Below, one piece after another: positions 1 to 10,172 of a stretch of 64,000 nucleotides of DNA. Location: assembly GCA_904501675.1 (NCBI GenBank), contig CAJGCL010000001.1, forward strand, positions 6,528-70,527, in the 5' to 3' direction. Origin of the DNA: Clostridiaceae bacterium (GTDB lineage: Bacteria; Bacillota; Clostridia; Oscillospirales; Acutalibacteraceae). The position numbers were made by a program, and so were the translations under genes. The first letter of the stretch is position 1. Each line of letters begins with the position of its first letter. The notes beneath the pieces are model-generated. The model was given only the letters and a program-made list of their open reading frames with translations. It was not told the origin of the DNA and searched no databases.

Positions 1-416
1 TCTGTAAGTGTAATCATAATATCATACGCTAATGTATCGGCAATTGTTTCTATTAATGTATCGTTGTTTGCATCAGACTGAGCAACTACTGACGAAATAT
101 TGTTAACATCAATTCCCATACTCTTAGCTAATTTAACTGCAGTTTCAGGAAGAGATGACACCATACCGGCAACCTTCTCTTTAACGGAAAGCGATGATGA
201 CATTTCATCAAGAGCCTGTCTGAATTCTGTTTTAACAAGGTCTTTAATAAACATATCATAAAGACTGTTAGAAACAGGTGCGCAAAGCTTGTATGAAGCA
301 AATGCCGAAATCACCATTGAAAAAGAATCAAGGCAAGTTGCAACAAAACCTTTTTTAGCAGACATTACAATGACAAGCACAACTATTGCAACAACTACGA
401 TATCAAAAATATTCAT
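1..416 (-). CDS. CvpA-family membrane protein, N-terminal part (gene continues past left edge)
   Basis: Not in the ORF track because there is no stop in the window. My translation from ATG 414-416 gives MNIFDIVVVAIVVLVIVMSAKKGFVATCLDSF... and stays open to position 1. Hydrophobic N-terminus followed by KKGF is typical of CvpA. SD AGGAGG at 425-430. Confidence 0.5.
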   Translation of the reverse strand, partial: MNIFDIVVVAIVVLVIVMSAKKGFVATCLDSFSMVISAFASYKLCAPVSNSLYDMFIKDLVKTEFRQALDEMSSSLSVKEKVAGMVSSLPETAVKLAKSMGIDVNNISSVVAQSDANNDTLIETIADTLAYDIMITLT

Positions 417-435
417 AAAATGAACCTCCTAAAAC

Positions 436-1647
436 TTATGCACTCAACTCAACGGTAGTATCACCGTAAGAAAAGCATCGTGTTATTTTATCAAGAGACG
501 CAATATACACGAAATCATCAGTAGGAAGAAGCGAAAACGCCTCACCCTTAAATGAAATATCTGCCACATTGGCGCCACTTAAATTATAAACCATTACTTT
601 ATTTTCACCTAAAGCGAAAATATATTTATCGGACATCCTTGTACTTTTAATTTCAAAATCTATAGATATTGTTTCTTTAATTTTACCCGACTTTGAAAAC
701 AGGTTTATTTCAAATACATTTTCACTACCATATTTTGCAAGAGTTACAATATACTTTCCGTTTTGAGAAAAATCACAGGAATTAAACTCTGCAGAGTAAT
801 ATGACGCAGCGGTTTTATACTCTTCCCCTTTTCTCTCTACAAGGAAAACACCTTTATCCGTAAGGAGAGTAACAACATTGAATTTGGTAAACTGAATATC
901 CAACGGTGTTACACCACTTATTTTTTGCGTGTTAAGTGGCTCTTTATAATCAAAGCCAAAATACTGAACTGTTGTGAAAAGCTCACCATTTTCTGCGCCT
1001 AAAACAGCAACACCCGCGTATCTTCCGTTTTTTGATAAAGTAATGGAAACTATATGCTCATGGGCACAATTCCATTGGAAAACTTTTTTATTGTGTTTAT
1101 CATAAACATTCAATGCACTTTCAGCACCACTACCTTTGACTGCTAAAGCGTAGTTCCCCTTTTCACCATATTCTGCAGAAATAATGGTGTTTTCAGCAGT
1201 TCCCTCGTAAACAAGTTCACTGCAATCTATAAGCATAAAACCTTTACCTGCTCTATCAAAAACTACAACCTTTTCACCATTGATAGATATACCCGGCTTT
1301 GCATATATATGAGGCTGATTCAGAAGCTGTTTACCATTCGGAGAATAAATAACAATATTCTCTGTAGTAAGAATAACTATGTTATCGCCTGCAATATTGG
1401 TAACAAGAGATGAATCACTGCTTACTGCAAGAGGAAAACGTTCAGCACTACCGGAAACGGAAACCTTTGCCCGCAAAAAAAGTGCATCAAGAGGAATAAT
1501 TCCAACAGAGGATAAAACAAATGTAAAAACAAACACAACAACGAGAACAATTGAAATAATCGCTTTTGCATGTTGCTTTTCTGATAAACGAGAAATTCGT
1601 TTTTCACCTTTATACCCTGTATTCAATTCAGTTAATTTAACTTTCAT
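436..1647 (-). CDS. membrane-anchored repeat protein (DUF5711-like, beta-propeller-like composition)
   Basis: ORF 436..1689. Start trimmed to ATG 1645-1647 (MKVKLTELN...), preceded by AGGTGA. One TM (IISIVLVVVFVFTFVLSSVGII), then a beta-rich region of about 340 aa. Family assignment is from memory. Confidence 0.6.
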   Translation of the reverse strand: MKVKLTELNTGYKGEKRISRLSEKQHAKAIISIVLVVVFVFTFVLSSVGIIPLDALFLRAKVSVSGSAERFPLAVSSDSSLVTNIAGDNIVILTTENIVIYSPNGKQLLNQPHIYAKPGISINGEKVVVFDRAGKGFMLIDCSELVYEGTAENTIISAEYGEKGNYALAVKGSGAESALNVYDKHNKKVFQWNCAHEHIVSITLSKNGRYAGVAVLGAENGELFTTVQYFGFDYKEPLNTQKISGVTPLDIQFTKFNVVTLLTDKGVFLVERKGEEYKTAASYYSAEFNSCDFSQNGKYIVTLAKYGSENVFEINLFSKSGKIKETISIDFEIKSTRMSDKYIFALGENKVMVYNLSGANVADISFKGEAFSLLPTDDFVYIASLDKITRCFSYGDTTVELSA

Positions 1648-2395
1648 TTTTTTCACCTGAAAAATAAACTTTATTAAGATACAAGCCATCAGGCACAGCG
1701 GTTATGCCTGCATTTACTCTGTCTGCACTTTTAATGATATCAGGGATATCATCAGCTTTTATTTTACCCATGTTCACATACAAAAGGGTACCCGCCATTA
1801 TACGAACCATATTATATAAGAAACCATTACCGCACACCTTGAATATCACAAGGTCTCCTTTGCGTTCAACAGATGCATCATAAATTGTACGGACTTTGGA
1901 AACAACCTGAGCGCCTGCTGCACAAAAGGCTGAAAAATCATGTTCACCAATAAATGCTTTTGATGCTTTATTCATAAGCTCAGCATCCATCGGATATTTA
2001 TAATGATATGTTCTTTTATAGTTAAACGGAGATGGAATTTTTGTGTTTTCAAAAATATAGATATATTCTTTTTTTAAACTATCAAACCTTGCATTAAAGG
2101 ACTCTGAAACTTCTTTACAAGAAATAACAGATATCTCTCCCGGAAGCTTTGCCGATGCTAAAGCAACAGGAAAGCTTTCGCAAGGTATTGTTGACTCTGT
2201 TTTAACATTGAAAAAATATTCGTTGGCGTGAACGCCTGCATCAGTACGACTGCAACCGATTATGGTTACATCCTCGCCTGTAAGGCGAAAAAAAGCAGAT
2301 TTAAGTTCACCCTGAACTGTTATTGCATTTTCCTGAAACTGCCAACCATGAAATCTGGAGCCCTCAAAGGCTATTTTAAATAATAAATTTCTCAT
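1637..2395 (-). CDS. truA: tRNA pseudouridine(38-40) synthase
   Basis: N-terminus KIAFEGSRFHGWQFQ and catalytic RTDAGVHA motif. Sits after ecfT, the usual Firmicute position. Confidence 0.93.
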   Translation of the reverse strand: MRNLLFKIAFEGSRFHGWQFQENAITVQGELKSAFFRLTGEDVTIIGCSRTDAGVHANEYFFNVKTESTIPCESFPVALASAKLPGEISVISCKEVSESFNARFDSLKKEYIYIFENTKIPSPFNYKRTYHYKYPMDAELMNKASKAFIGEHDFSAFCAAGAQVVSKVRTIYDASVERKGDLVIFKVCGNGFLYNMVRIMAGTLLYVNMGKIKADDIPDIIKSADRVNAGITAVPDGLYLNKVYFSGEKNES

Positions 2396-2396
2396 T

Positions 2397-3212
2397 TTAA
2401 ATAACCTTCACAAACAAAATGTTAAATACAACTACAAGAGCGCATACTAAAACAATAATTGCACCTGCAACGCCATCACGCCATGAAAACTTCATTTGAC
2501 GAAGGCGTGTTCTACCCTCACCGCCGGTGTAACATCTGCAGGACATTGCATCCGCAAGCTCAATCGCACGCTTAAAAGCAGAAATAAACAACGGAATAAA
2601 TATAGGGAAAAGCGCCTTTACTCTTTTTGCAAGATTACCGCTTTCAAAATCAGCACCTCTTGCTTTCTGGGCAGACATTATTCTGTCTATCTCGTCAATA
2701 AGAGTTGGAATAAATCGAAGAGCAATTGTCATCATCATTGCGAATGTATGCACTTCTATTTTAAACACCTTCAAAGGTGAAAGCAGTTTTTCAATTGCGT
2801 CGGTCAAATCCGTCGGAGATGTTGTATATGTGAGAAGAGAGCTTACAAGAAGAAGCACAAGTATTCTTATAGCAATAAATATTGCCATAAACACGCCCTT
2901 ATCGGTTATTTCAATAAAACGCCAGCTAAAAAGTATTTCACCATCTTTTACATAGTACAACTGCAAGACAGTTGTAAGAAGTATAATTGGTAACAGAGGC
3001 TTGAAACTTTTTAACACAACTTTAGGCGAAATTCTTGAAAGAAGATAAGAAACAACACCAACAAATGTTATTAAACCTAAAGCCCAGAAATTCTTACACA
3101 CGAACGTAAAAACAAGGAACAAAAGAGTAAGAATTATTTTTGTTCTTGCATCTAGTTTATGAATAAATGATTTACCGGGAAAATATTGACCGATTGTAAT
3201 ATCTTTTATCAT
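2397..3212 (-). CDS. ecfT: energy-coupling factor transporter transmembrane component EcfT
   Basis: Multi-TM CbiQ/EcfT-like protein. Overlaps the stop of ecfA2 by 4 nt. Confidence 0.9.
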   Translation of the reverse strand: MIKDITIGQYFPGKSFIHKLDARTKIILTLLFLVFTFVCKNFWALGLITFVGVVSYLLSRISPKVVLKSFKPLLPIILLTTVLQLYYVKDGEILFSWRFIEITDKGVFMAIFIAIRILVLLLVSSLLTYTTSPTDLTDAIEKLLSPLKVFKIEVHTFAMMMTIALRFIPTLIDEIDRIMSAQKARGADFESGNLAKRVKALFPIFIPLFISAFKRAIELADAMSCRCYTGGEGRTRLRQMKFSWRDGVAGAIIVLVCALVVVFNILFVKVI

Positions 3213-4072
3213 AACGCTCCCCCTTTCGAGAGATAGTTAAGAATAGATTCTTTTGCACCCTCAACAGTATATTCTGTTTTGCCTAAATCAAAGCCTGCAG
3301 ATTTAAGTTTTAAGAAAAGTGTTGTAATCTCCGGTACATCGAGTCCTAATGAAGAAAGCATTTCACCTTGGGAATAAACTTCTTCAACAGTACCCATAAG
3401 ATGTATTTTACCATCGTTCATAACAAGAACTCTGTCCGCAACCGCAGCAACATCGTCCATATTGTGAGAAACAAAAATAACTGTACTGCCTGTTGATTTA
3501 TTGTAATCTGTTATAAGTTTAAGAAGATTTTCTTTGCCTATAGGGTCAAGACCGGCGGTTGGTTCATCAAGAATAAGAACCTTGGGTTTCATTGCAAGAA
3601 CACCCGCAATTGCAACCCTTCTCTTTTCGCCGCCTGATAAATCAAATGGTGATTTTGATAAATAATCTTCAGAAAGGTTAACAAAACTAAGCGCTTCGTG
3701 AACACGCTCATTTATCTCGTTATCAGTAAGACCCATATTTGATGGACCGAAGGCAATATCTTTATAAACAGTAGATTCAAAAAGCTGTTGTTCAGGATAC
3801 TGAAAGCATAGACCAACATTAAAACGACAATTACGCAAAGTTTCTTTTGAAGAATATATATTAACATCTTCAAAAAGAATTTCGCCTGAATCCGCTTTAA
3901 GAAGACCATTAAAATGCTGAAGAAGTGTACTTTTACCTGAACCTGTGTGGCCGATCACGGCAACAATTTCACCTTGATTGAAATCTACACTTACACCCTT
4001 AAGAGCGCCCTTTTCAAACGGTGTGCCTTTAGAATAACCATATATTAAGTTTTTCACCGAAAGAACGGACAT
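3209..4072 (-). CDS. ecfA2: energy-coupling factor transporter ATPase
   Basis: Walker A GHTGSGKST, signature LSGGEKRR, Walker B ILDEP. The first 61 aa in the ORF track read through the upstream gene. Start set at ATG 4070-4072 (MSVLSVKNL...). Confidence 0.92.
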   Translation of the reverse strand: MSVLSVKNLIYGYSKGTPFEKGALKGVSVDFNQGEIVAVIGHTGSGKSTLLQHFNGLLKADSGEILFEDVNIYSSKETLRNCRFNVGLCFQYPEQQLFESTVYKDIAFGPSNMGLTDNEINERVHEALSFVNLSEDYLSKSPFDLSGGEKRRVAIAGVLAMKPKVLILDEPTAGLDPIGKENLLKLITDYNKSTGSTVIFVSHNMDDVAAVADRVLVMNDGKIHLMGTVEEVYSQGEMLSSLGLDVPEITTLFLKLKSAGFDLGKTEYTVEGAKESILNYLSKGGAL

Positions 4073-4082
4073 TTTTAATACC

Positions 4083-4916
4083 TCAATTAACCAATTTTTT
4101 AAATTCCTCTGTAAATTCCTCTGCAGTAAGAGGGGCAGAAGAAAATCTGATTCCTTGTTTTTCCAACTCAACAGCAAGTTCCAATGGCTTAGGGACTGTA
4201 AGACCAATAGAAGAAAGCAATTCTGCTTCGCTGAACACTTGTAAAGGTGTTCCATCGAGTTTTACTTCACCACTATTCATAACAATAACTCTATCTGCCT
4301 TAACGGCTTCATCCATAAAATGGGTAACAAGAATTATTGTAATGCCTAACTCATCTTTTAATTTATGGAGAGCTTCCATAACCTCTTTGCGACCTTTTGG
4401 GTCAAGCATAGCAGTAGGCTCATCAAGAACAATACACTTGGTTTGCATTGCAATAATACCTGCAATTGCAACTCTTTGCTTCTGACCACCGGAAAGCCTG
4501 TGAGGCTCATGGTGTCTGTATTCGTACATATCCACCATTTTAAGAGCATCATCGACTCTTTTTCGTATTTCCTCCCGAGGAAGCCCTAAGTTTTCAGGCC
4601 CGAAAGCAACATCATCTTCAACGATTGTTGCAACAATCTGATTATCGGGATTTTGAAAAACCATACCAATTTTACGACGGATATTTATTTCGTTGTCTTC
4701 ATCGGAAGTATCATAACCAAAGGATATAACGTTACCTGTTGACGGCACGAGAAGAGCGTTTATAAGCTTTGCCATTGTTGATTTACCTGAGCCATTATGG
4801 CCAAGCACACAAGTAAACTGACCTTCATAAAACTCAATGTTCAAATCGCTTATAACGCTATCTTCGCCTTCGTCGTAAGAAAAACTGACGTTTTTAAATT
4901 CAATAATTTTATTCAT
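4083..4916 (-). CDS. ecfA1: energy-coupling factor transporter ATPase
   Basis: Walker A GHNGSGKST, signature LSGGQKQR, Walker B VLDEP. Start trimmed to MNKIIEFKNVSF (ATG 4914-4916), one nt after the upstream stop. Confidence 0.92.
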   Translation of the reverse strand: MNKIIEFKNVSFSYDEGEDSVISDLNIEFYEGQFTCVLGHNGSGKSTMAKLINALLVPSTGNVISFGYDTSDEDNEINIRRKIGMVFQNPDNQIVATIVEDDVAFGPENLGLPREEIRKRVDDALKMVDMYEYRHHEPHRLSGGQKQRVAIAGIIAMQTKCIVLDEPTAMLDPKGRKEVMEALHKLKDELGITIILVTHFMDEAVKADRVIVMNSGEVKLDGTPLQVFSEAELLSSIGLTVPKPLELAVELEKQGIRFSSAPLTAEEFTEEFKKLVN

Positions 4917-4917
4917 A

Positions 4918-5784
4918 TCATTTAGTCCATATAGCAGTTGAACCGCAAGGAAGCACAAGTCCAGTCTGTGTAACAGGAAGACCGATTTCATCAGCTTCTG
5001 CCTTGCCGCCAAAACGCTTTGCAACAGTTGTATTTAATATGTAGCTCATAACCGCCGGAGAAACGCCTGCGGTATAAGAGTTTATTAAAACGGCTAAGGA
5101 ATTATCAGTTAAAAGCTCTGAACACTGTTCAACAAAGCCGTATATTTCATTTTCAAGCTTCCATACCTCGCCACCCGGGCCTCTGCCATATGATGGTGGG
5201 TCCATAATGATAATATCGTATTTATTACCTCGCCTTATTTCACGGGCAACAAATTTCATACAATCATCAACAATCCATCTTACAGGTTTATCCTGAACGC
5301 CTGTTGAAACAGCATTCTCTTTACCCCACTGAACCATACCTTTAGATGCATCAACATGGCAAACGGAAGCACCTGCTTTAAGAGCGCTTATTGTTGCAGC
5401 ACCTGTATAACCGAAAAGGTTAAGAACCTTAACATCGTTTCTACCGCTTTTATTAATAATATCTCTGACAAAATCCCAGTTGCATGCCTGTTCAATAAAA
5501 ACACCTGTATGCTTAAAGCCCATTGGTTTAAGATTAAATGTTAAATCTCTGTAGCCAATCTGCCATACTTCGGGAATTTTTTTATAAAACTGCCAGGCAC
5601 CACCACCTGAATTGGAACGGATATATCTAGCGTGAGCCTTTTTCCAGAGAGCATTATCTCTTTTCGTGTTCCATAAAGCCTGTGGGTCAGGACGGATAAG
5701 GAAAATATCTCCCCATCTTTCAAGTCTTTCACCATCAGAACAATCTATAAGCTCATAATCCTTCCAACCATCAGATACTCGCAT
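4918..5784 (-). CDS. class I SAM-dependent (rRNA) methyltransferase, RlmI/RlmK-like without PUA domain
   Basis: SAM-binding motif LNLFGYTGAAT and catalytic-type IIMDPPSYGRGP. Confidence 0.75.
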   Translation of the reverse strand: MRVSDGWKDYELIDCSDGERLERWGDIFLIRPDPQALWNTKRDNALWKKAHARYIRSNSGGGAWQFYKKIPEVWQIGYRDLTFNLKPMGFKHTGVFIEQACNWDFVRDIINKSGRNDVKVLNLFGYTGAATISALKAGASVCHVDASKGMVQWGKENAVSTGVQDKPVRWIVDDCMKFVAREIRRGNKYDIIIMDPPSYGRGPGGEVWKLENEIYGFVEQCSELLTDNSLAVLINSYTAGVSPAVMSYILNTTVAKRFGGKAEADEIGLPVTQTGLVLPCGSTAIWTK

Positions 5785-7157
5785 TAAATTAATCTCTCCT
5801 TAATAACTTCCGCTAACTCCTGAGCAAGAACACTGATTTTTTCTTCATCCTTGCCCTCGAGCATTACACGAACAAGAGGCTCTGTTCCTGAAACACGAAC
5901 AAGAACTCTTCCATCTGCACCAAGCTCTTTTTCGGCAGCCTCAATTGCATTTTTAATTTCTTTATCTCTAGGGAACTTTACTTTACCGAAATCTGAAACA
6001 CGAACATTAACAAGAACCTGGGGATATACTGTCATCTGACTTGCAAGCTCTGAAAGTTTTTTACCTGTTTCTTTCATAATACAAAGAAGCTTTAAAGCAG
6101 ATAATTCACCATCACCTGTTGTTGCATGGTCAAGGAATATAAGGTGACCTGATTGCTCACCACCTATTGAATGACCGCCGGCAAGCATATTTTCAAGAAC
6201 GTATCTGTCGCCAACCTTTGTTTTTTCGCAATTTATTCCGTTTTCTTCACAGAACTTAAAGAAGCCCATATTACTCATAACAGTAACAACTGCTGTATCA
6301 TTTTTAAGCTTACCCTTTTCCTTCATATACTTTGCAAAGATTGCAATAAGCATATCGCCGTCAACAACGTTACCTTTTTCGTCAACAGCAAGAAATCTGT
6401 CTGCATCGCCATCAAAGGCCAGACCCGCATCACAACCATTACGAACAACAAAATCCTGAAGTACCTCAAGATGAGTTGAACCGCAATTATTGTTTATATT
6501 AGTACCATTAGGATGAGATGCCATAAAGAAGCAATCATCACAAAGTTTCATGAAAAGTTCAGGCGCTGTAACTGACGCTGCACCATTTGAACAGTCGATT
6601 GCTATTTTAAGTCCGTTAAGGTCAAGAATTCCATATTCGGAAAGGTCATCCTTAGCAATTCCGTAAAGGTATTTGATATAGTCTGCAGCAGCTGTTCTTG
6701 AACGCTTGATTCTACCAACATCGCCACCAATTTTGATTGGTGGAACCTGTGATTTATCAAGAATAATACTTTCGATTTCTTCTTCTATTGAGTCAGGAAG
6801 CTTATAGCCATTGCCTTGAAAAATTTTAATACCATTATACTCACATGGATTATGAGATGCAGAAATCATAATAGCTGCATCATATTTATATTTTCTTACA
6901 AGATAAGCTACTGCAGGTGTAGGAATTTCACCTAAAAGGTTAACATCCGCACCAACAGAACAAAGACCGGCTGCAATTGCGCTTTCAAGCATCTGCGATG
7001 ATGCCCTTGTATCCATACCAATTAAAACCTTGGGTCTTTCGTTTGTGTGCTCTGTAAGAACCATTGCAGCAGCTCTACCAATCTGCATAGCAAGCTCACA
7101 AGTTATTTCACTGTTTGCAACACCTCTTGCACCATCTGTACCAAATAATCTTCCCAT
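5784..7157 (-). CDS. glmM: phosphoglucosamine mutase
   Basis: N-terminus LFGTDGARG, phosphoserine loop SASHNP, full length of about 450 aa. Confidence 0.95.
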   Translation of the reverse strand: MGRLFGTDGARGVANSEITCELAMQIGRAAAMVLTEHTNERPKVLIGMDTRASSQMLESAIAAGLCSVGADVNLLGEIPTPAVAYLVRKYKYDAAIMISASHNPCEYNGIKIFQGNGYKLPDSIEEEIESIILDKSQVPPIKIGGDVGRIKRSRTAAADYIKYLYGIAKDDLSEYGILDLNGLKIAIDCSNGAASVTAPELFMKLCDDCFFMASHPNGTNINNNCGSTHLEVLQDFVVRNGCDAGLAFDGDADRFLAVDEKGNVVDGDMLIAIFAKYMKEKGKLKNDTAVVTVMSNMGFFKFCEENGINCEKTKVGDRYVLENMLAGGHSIGGEQSGHLIFLDHATTGDGELSALKLLCIMKETGKKLSELASQMTVYPQVLVNVRVSDFGKVKFPRDKEIKNAIEAAEKELGADGRVLVRVSGTEPLVRVMLEGKDEEKISVLAQELAEVIKERLI

Positions 7158-7168
7158 AAAGTCATCTC

Positions 7169-8221
7169 CTAATACGCTTCAAATGTACCTTGTGTATTAT
7201 CGTCAATTATTGGTTTATAACCCATATGGCTATAACCTGCAGGTGTAACTTTTCTTCCCCTTGGTGTTCTTGCAAGGAAACCAAGTTGCATTAAATATGG
7301 TTCGTAGACATCTTCAATTGTAACCGCCTCTTCACCGATAAGGGCTGCAATTGTTTCAAGGCCAACAGGTCCACCATTATAATTTTCAATCATAGCTTTT
7401 AAAAGATTTCTATCAACAAGATCAAGACCAAGCTCATCTATTTCCATTCTTTCAAGAGCTTGTTGAGCGGATTCTACTGTTATAATGCCGTCACCCATAA
7501 CCTGAGCATAGTCTCTTGCACGCTTTAAAAGTCTGTTTGCAATTCGAGGTGTTCCTCTCGAACGTGAAGCAATTTCCAACGCGCCATCTTTGACCGCTTC
7601 AATGCCTAATATATTAGCGCTACGCTGAACTATTCTCGAGAGCTCCTCAGGAGAATAAAGCTCAAGTCTGAGGATAACGCCGAATCTGTCTCTGAGTGGT
7701 GCTGAAAGCTGACCTGCACGAGTTGTAGCACCAATAAGAGTAAATCGCTTTAAATCGAGCCTTATTGACCTTGCTGATGGACCTTTGCCTATGATAATAT
7801 CAAGGGCAAAATCTTCCATCGCAGGATAAAGCACCTCTTCAATGCTTCTTGAAAGGCGATGAATTTCGTCAATAAAAAGAATATCACCATCGTTAAGGCT
7901 AGTAAGAAGAGCAGCTAAATCACCCGGCTTTTCGATTGCAGGACCCGATGTTACTCTTATCTGAACTCCCATTTCGTTCGCAACAATACCTGCAAGAGTT
8001 GTTTTACCAAGACCCGGAGGACCATATAAAAGAACATGGTCTAAAGACTCTTTTCTTTTTTTGGCGGCTTCAATATATATTTTTAAATTTTCTTTTGCTT
8101 TTTCCTGACCAACATATTCTTCTAGTGTATGCGGTCTTAAAGAGGTTTCGATTTCGTTATCGCCCATTATAAATTCAGGAGCAATAACTCTTTCCTCTTC
8201 TGCAATGAAAAAATCATCCAT
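7169..8221 (-). CDS. ruvB: Holliday junction branch migration DNA helicase RuvB
   Basis: [13 protein letters not shown], Walker [10 protein letters not shown], Walker B FIDEIH. Confidence 0.96.
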   Translation of the reverse strand: MDDFFIAEEERVIAPEFIMGDNEIETSLRPHTLEEYVGQEKAKENLKIYIEAAKKRKESLDHVLLYGPPGLGKTTLAGIVANEMGVQIRVTSGPAIEKPGDLAALLTSLNDGDILFIDEIHRLSRSIEEVLYPAMEDFALDIIIGKGPSARSIRLDLKRFTLIGATTRAGQLSAPLRDRFGVILRLELYSPEELSRIVQRSANILGIEAVKDGALEIASRSRGTPRIANRLLKRARDYAQVMGDGIITVESAQQALERMEIDELGLDLVDRNLLKAMIENYNGGPVGLETIAALIGEEAVTIEDVYEPYLMQLGFLARTPRGRKVTPAGYSHMGYKPIIDDNTQGTFEAY

Positions 8222-8232
8222 AATTTATCTCC

Positions 8233-8847
8233 TTAAAAACGAAGCGTCATATTCTTTAAAGCACCTTTGATAAGTTCCTCCACAGAAAGTTCAGGTGAAA
8301 GCTTACTTACCGCAACAGAAGCCTCTGTCTGAGAATAACCGAGAGCTGTTAAAGCAGCAATTGCTTCTGATGTATTTGACATATTGTTAACTGCACTTAC
8401 TGCGCTTGAAACGGAACTACTTTCAGAAGAAATAAAGCTGACGCTTGATATTTTATCTTTAAGCTCCATAATAACTCTCTGAGCAAGTTTAGGACCTACA
8501 CCATTGGCAGCAGTTATTGCTTTCACATCACCTGAAGATACTGCAACCGCAAAACCATCAGGAGTAAGCTGAGAAAGAATTGAAAGCGCAGCCTTTGGAC
8601 CAACACCTGAAACGCTTATAAGAAGCTTGAACGCATCAAGCTCCTGTTCAGTGTAAAATCCGAATAAATCAAGGGCATCCTCACGAACATTAAGGTATGT
8701 GAAAACAGTAGCCTCGTCATTACGAGAGCGATGAACACTTTCAAGAGTATGTCTTGTGGTGTAGCATCTGAAGCCTACGCCACCGCAAAGGATTGCTATA
8801 CTCTGTTCATCTGTTTTTAATATTTTACCAGTAAGACTATAGAACAT
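8233..8847 (-). CDS. ruvA: Holliday junction branch migration protein RuvA
   Basis: Two helix-hairpin-helix motifs (GVGPKAALSIL, GVGPKLAQRVI). Lies between ruvC and ruvB. Confidence 0.93.
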   Translation of the reverse strand: MFYSLTGKILKTDEQSIAILCGGVGFRCYTTRHTLESVHRSRNDEATVFTYLNVREDALDLFGFYTEQELDAFKLLISVSGVGPKAALSILSQLTPDGFAVAVSSGDVKAITAANGVGPKLAQRVIMELKDKISSVSFISSESSSVSSAVSAVNNMSNTSEAIAALTALGYSQTEASVAVSKLSPELSVEELIKGALKNMTLRF

Positions 8848-8848
8848 T

Positions 8849-9352
8849 TCAGCCCCTCCTGTTTATTTCATTTAAAATAAGCGAACCACTTGAATGACCA
8901 TGGCAAATAGCAAGTGCGAGAGCGTCGGCAGCATCGTCAGGTTTCGGAATTTTATCAAGATGAAGAAACATTTTAGTCATTTCCTGAACCTGTGTTTTTT
9001 CTGCTCTTCCGTAACCGACAATACTTTGCTTGACCTGTAAAGGTGTGTACTCAAAAATCGGTATACCTGCTTTTTCTATTGCAAGAACAATTACACCTCT
9101 CGCCTGAGCAACATCGATAGCGGTTTTTTGGTTTGTGTTGAAATAAAGTCTTTCTATACTTACAGCGTCAGGCTTAAACTTTTGTAAAAGTTCTGTAAGA
9201 TCATCATAAATCTTCTGAAGTCTTTTATTAAAAGGCATATCCTTTTCAGTTGTTATTGCGCCATATCCAAGAAGTGAAAAGTTGTTTTTTTCGTATCTGA
9301 CAATACCGCAACCAACTATTGCATAGCCGGGGTCAATCCCTAAAATAACCAC
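8849..9352 (-). CDS. ruvC: crossover junction endodeoxyribonuclease RuvC
   Basis: [15 protein letters not shown]-terminus of the RuvC/RNase H fold. GTG start at 9350-9352. Confidence 0.92.
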   Translation of the reverse strand: MVILGIDPGYAIVGCGIVRYEKNNFSLLGYGAITTEKDMPFNKRLQKIYDDLTELLQKFKPDAVSIERLYFNTNQKTAIDVAQARGVIVLAIEKAGIPIFEYTPLQVKQSIVGYGRAEKTQVQEMTKMFLHLDKIPKPDDAADALALAICHGHSSGSLILNEINRRG

Positions 9353-9470
9353 ACTTTCACCGCCTTAAGACATACCAACACATTTTCATGTTATTATACC
9401 ATAATATAAGACAAAATATCAACACTTTAAAGCTAATATTTAACAATATGTTCATTATGTTTTAAATATA

Positions 9471-9499
9471 TTGATTTTAACATGTTATGTTGATATAAT
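9471..9499 (+). promoter_or_regulatory. SigA-type promoter of the SH3b/radical-SAM bicistron
   Basis: TTGATT (9471-9476), 17-nt spacer, TATAAT (9494-9499) with extended -10 TGa. Confidence 0.6.
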
Positions 9500-9537
9500 A
9501 TTTAAAAAGATGTGGCCTATGAAGGAGTAAAATTATT

Positions 9538-10170
9538 ATGTTCAAAGACAAAAACAATGTGGTTTTAGCAATATCTGTGGCACTTATAGTATTAGCCGCT
9601 ATAATAGCAATAGTATCCACTGTAGTAGAAAAAAACAGAATTAACGATAATTCTACAAAACAGGAAGTTATAAGTACAACTGAACAGACAAAAAACAATT
9701 CAAACAACGGAACAACTCTTCCACCACAGACAACTGCGCCAGTAATTCAGGATGGAAATACACCTGGTAAATATACTGTTGCTACACAGAATGACCCACT
9801 GGGTGTAAGACTTTCACCAAAGTCAGATGCAGAAAGAATTTATGAGTTTGCCAAGGGAAGCGAAATAAATGTTCTTTGCACATACAATGAATGGGCATTT
9901 GTTGAAGCAGACGGCGTAAGCGGTTGGGTTAACCTGAACTATCTTCAATTAAAAGAAAAAGGTGAAACACCAAAACATAGCTCAGGGAAATATACTATAG
10001 GCACTCAGGACGACCCTCTTGGAATAAGAGTTAAGCCACACTCTGATGCACAACGTAACGGAGAAGTTCCAAAAGGTCAGGAAGTTGAAGTTTTAACTGT
10101 TTGCGGTGATTGGGGTTACGTTGAATATGGCGAATATTCAGGTTGGCTCTCATTCCAATATCTTAAATAA
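9538..10170 (+). CDS. membrane-anchored protein with two tandem bacterial SH3 (SH3b) domains
   Basis: N-terminal TM (VVLAISVALIVLAAIIAIVSTVV), Thr/Asn/Pro linker, then two repeats GKYTVATQNDPLGVRLSP...GWVNLNYLQ and GKYTIGTQDDPLGIRVKP...GWLSFQYLK. SD GAAGGAG at 9521-9527. Confidence 0.8.
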   Translation: MFKDKNNVVLAISVALIVLAAIIAIVSTVVEKNRINDNSTKQEVISTTEQTKNNSNNGTTLPPQTTAPVIQDGNTPGKYTVATQNDPLGVRLSPKSDAERIYEFAKGSEINVLCTYNEWAFVEADGVSGWVNLNYLQLKEKGETPKHSSGKYTIGTQDDPLGIRVKPHSDAQRNGEVPKGQEVEVLTVCGDWGYVEYGEYSGWLSFQYLK

Positions 10171-10172
10171 TT

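Noticed and set aside
4073-4255. N-terminal extensions in the ORF track (ecfA2 here; also ecfA1 4917-5024, rplM 18386-18448, fmt 32415-32456, rpoZ 35580-35627, gmk 36220-36297, aminotransferase 53578-53649)
   Set aside because: The extensions overlap the upstream gene and translate to non-homologous sequence. Internal starts with an SD match canonical N-termini.
9477-9707. 76-aa minus-strand ORF opposite the start of the SH3b gene
   Set aside because: Antisense to a gene with a good promoter and SD. Its hydrophobicity mirrors the TM-coding segment on the other strand.
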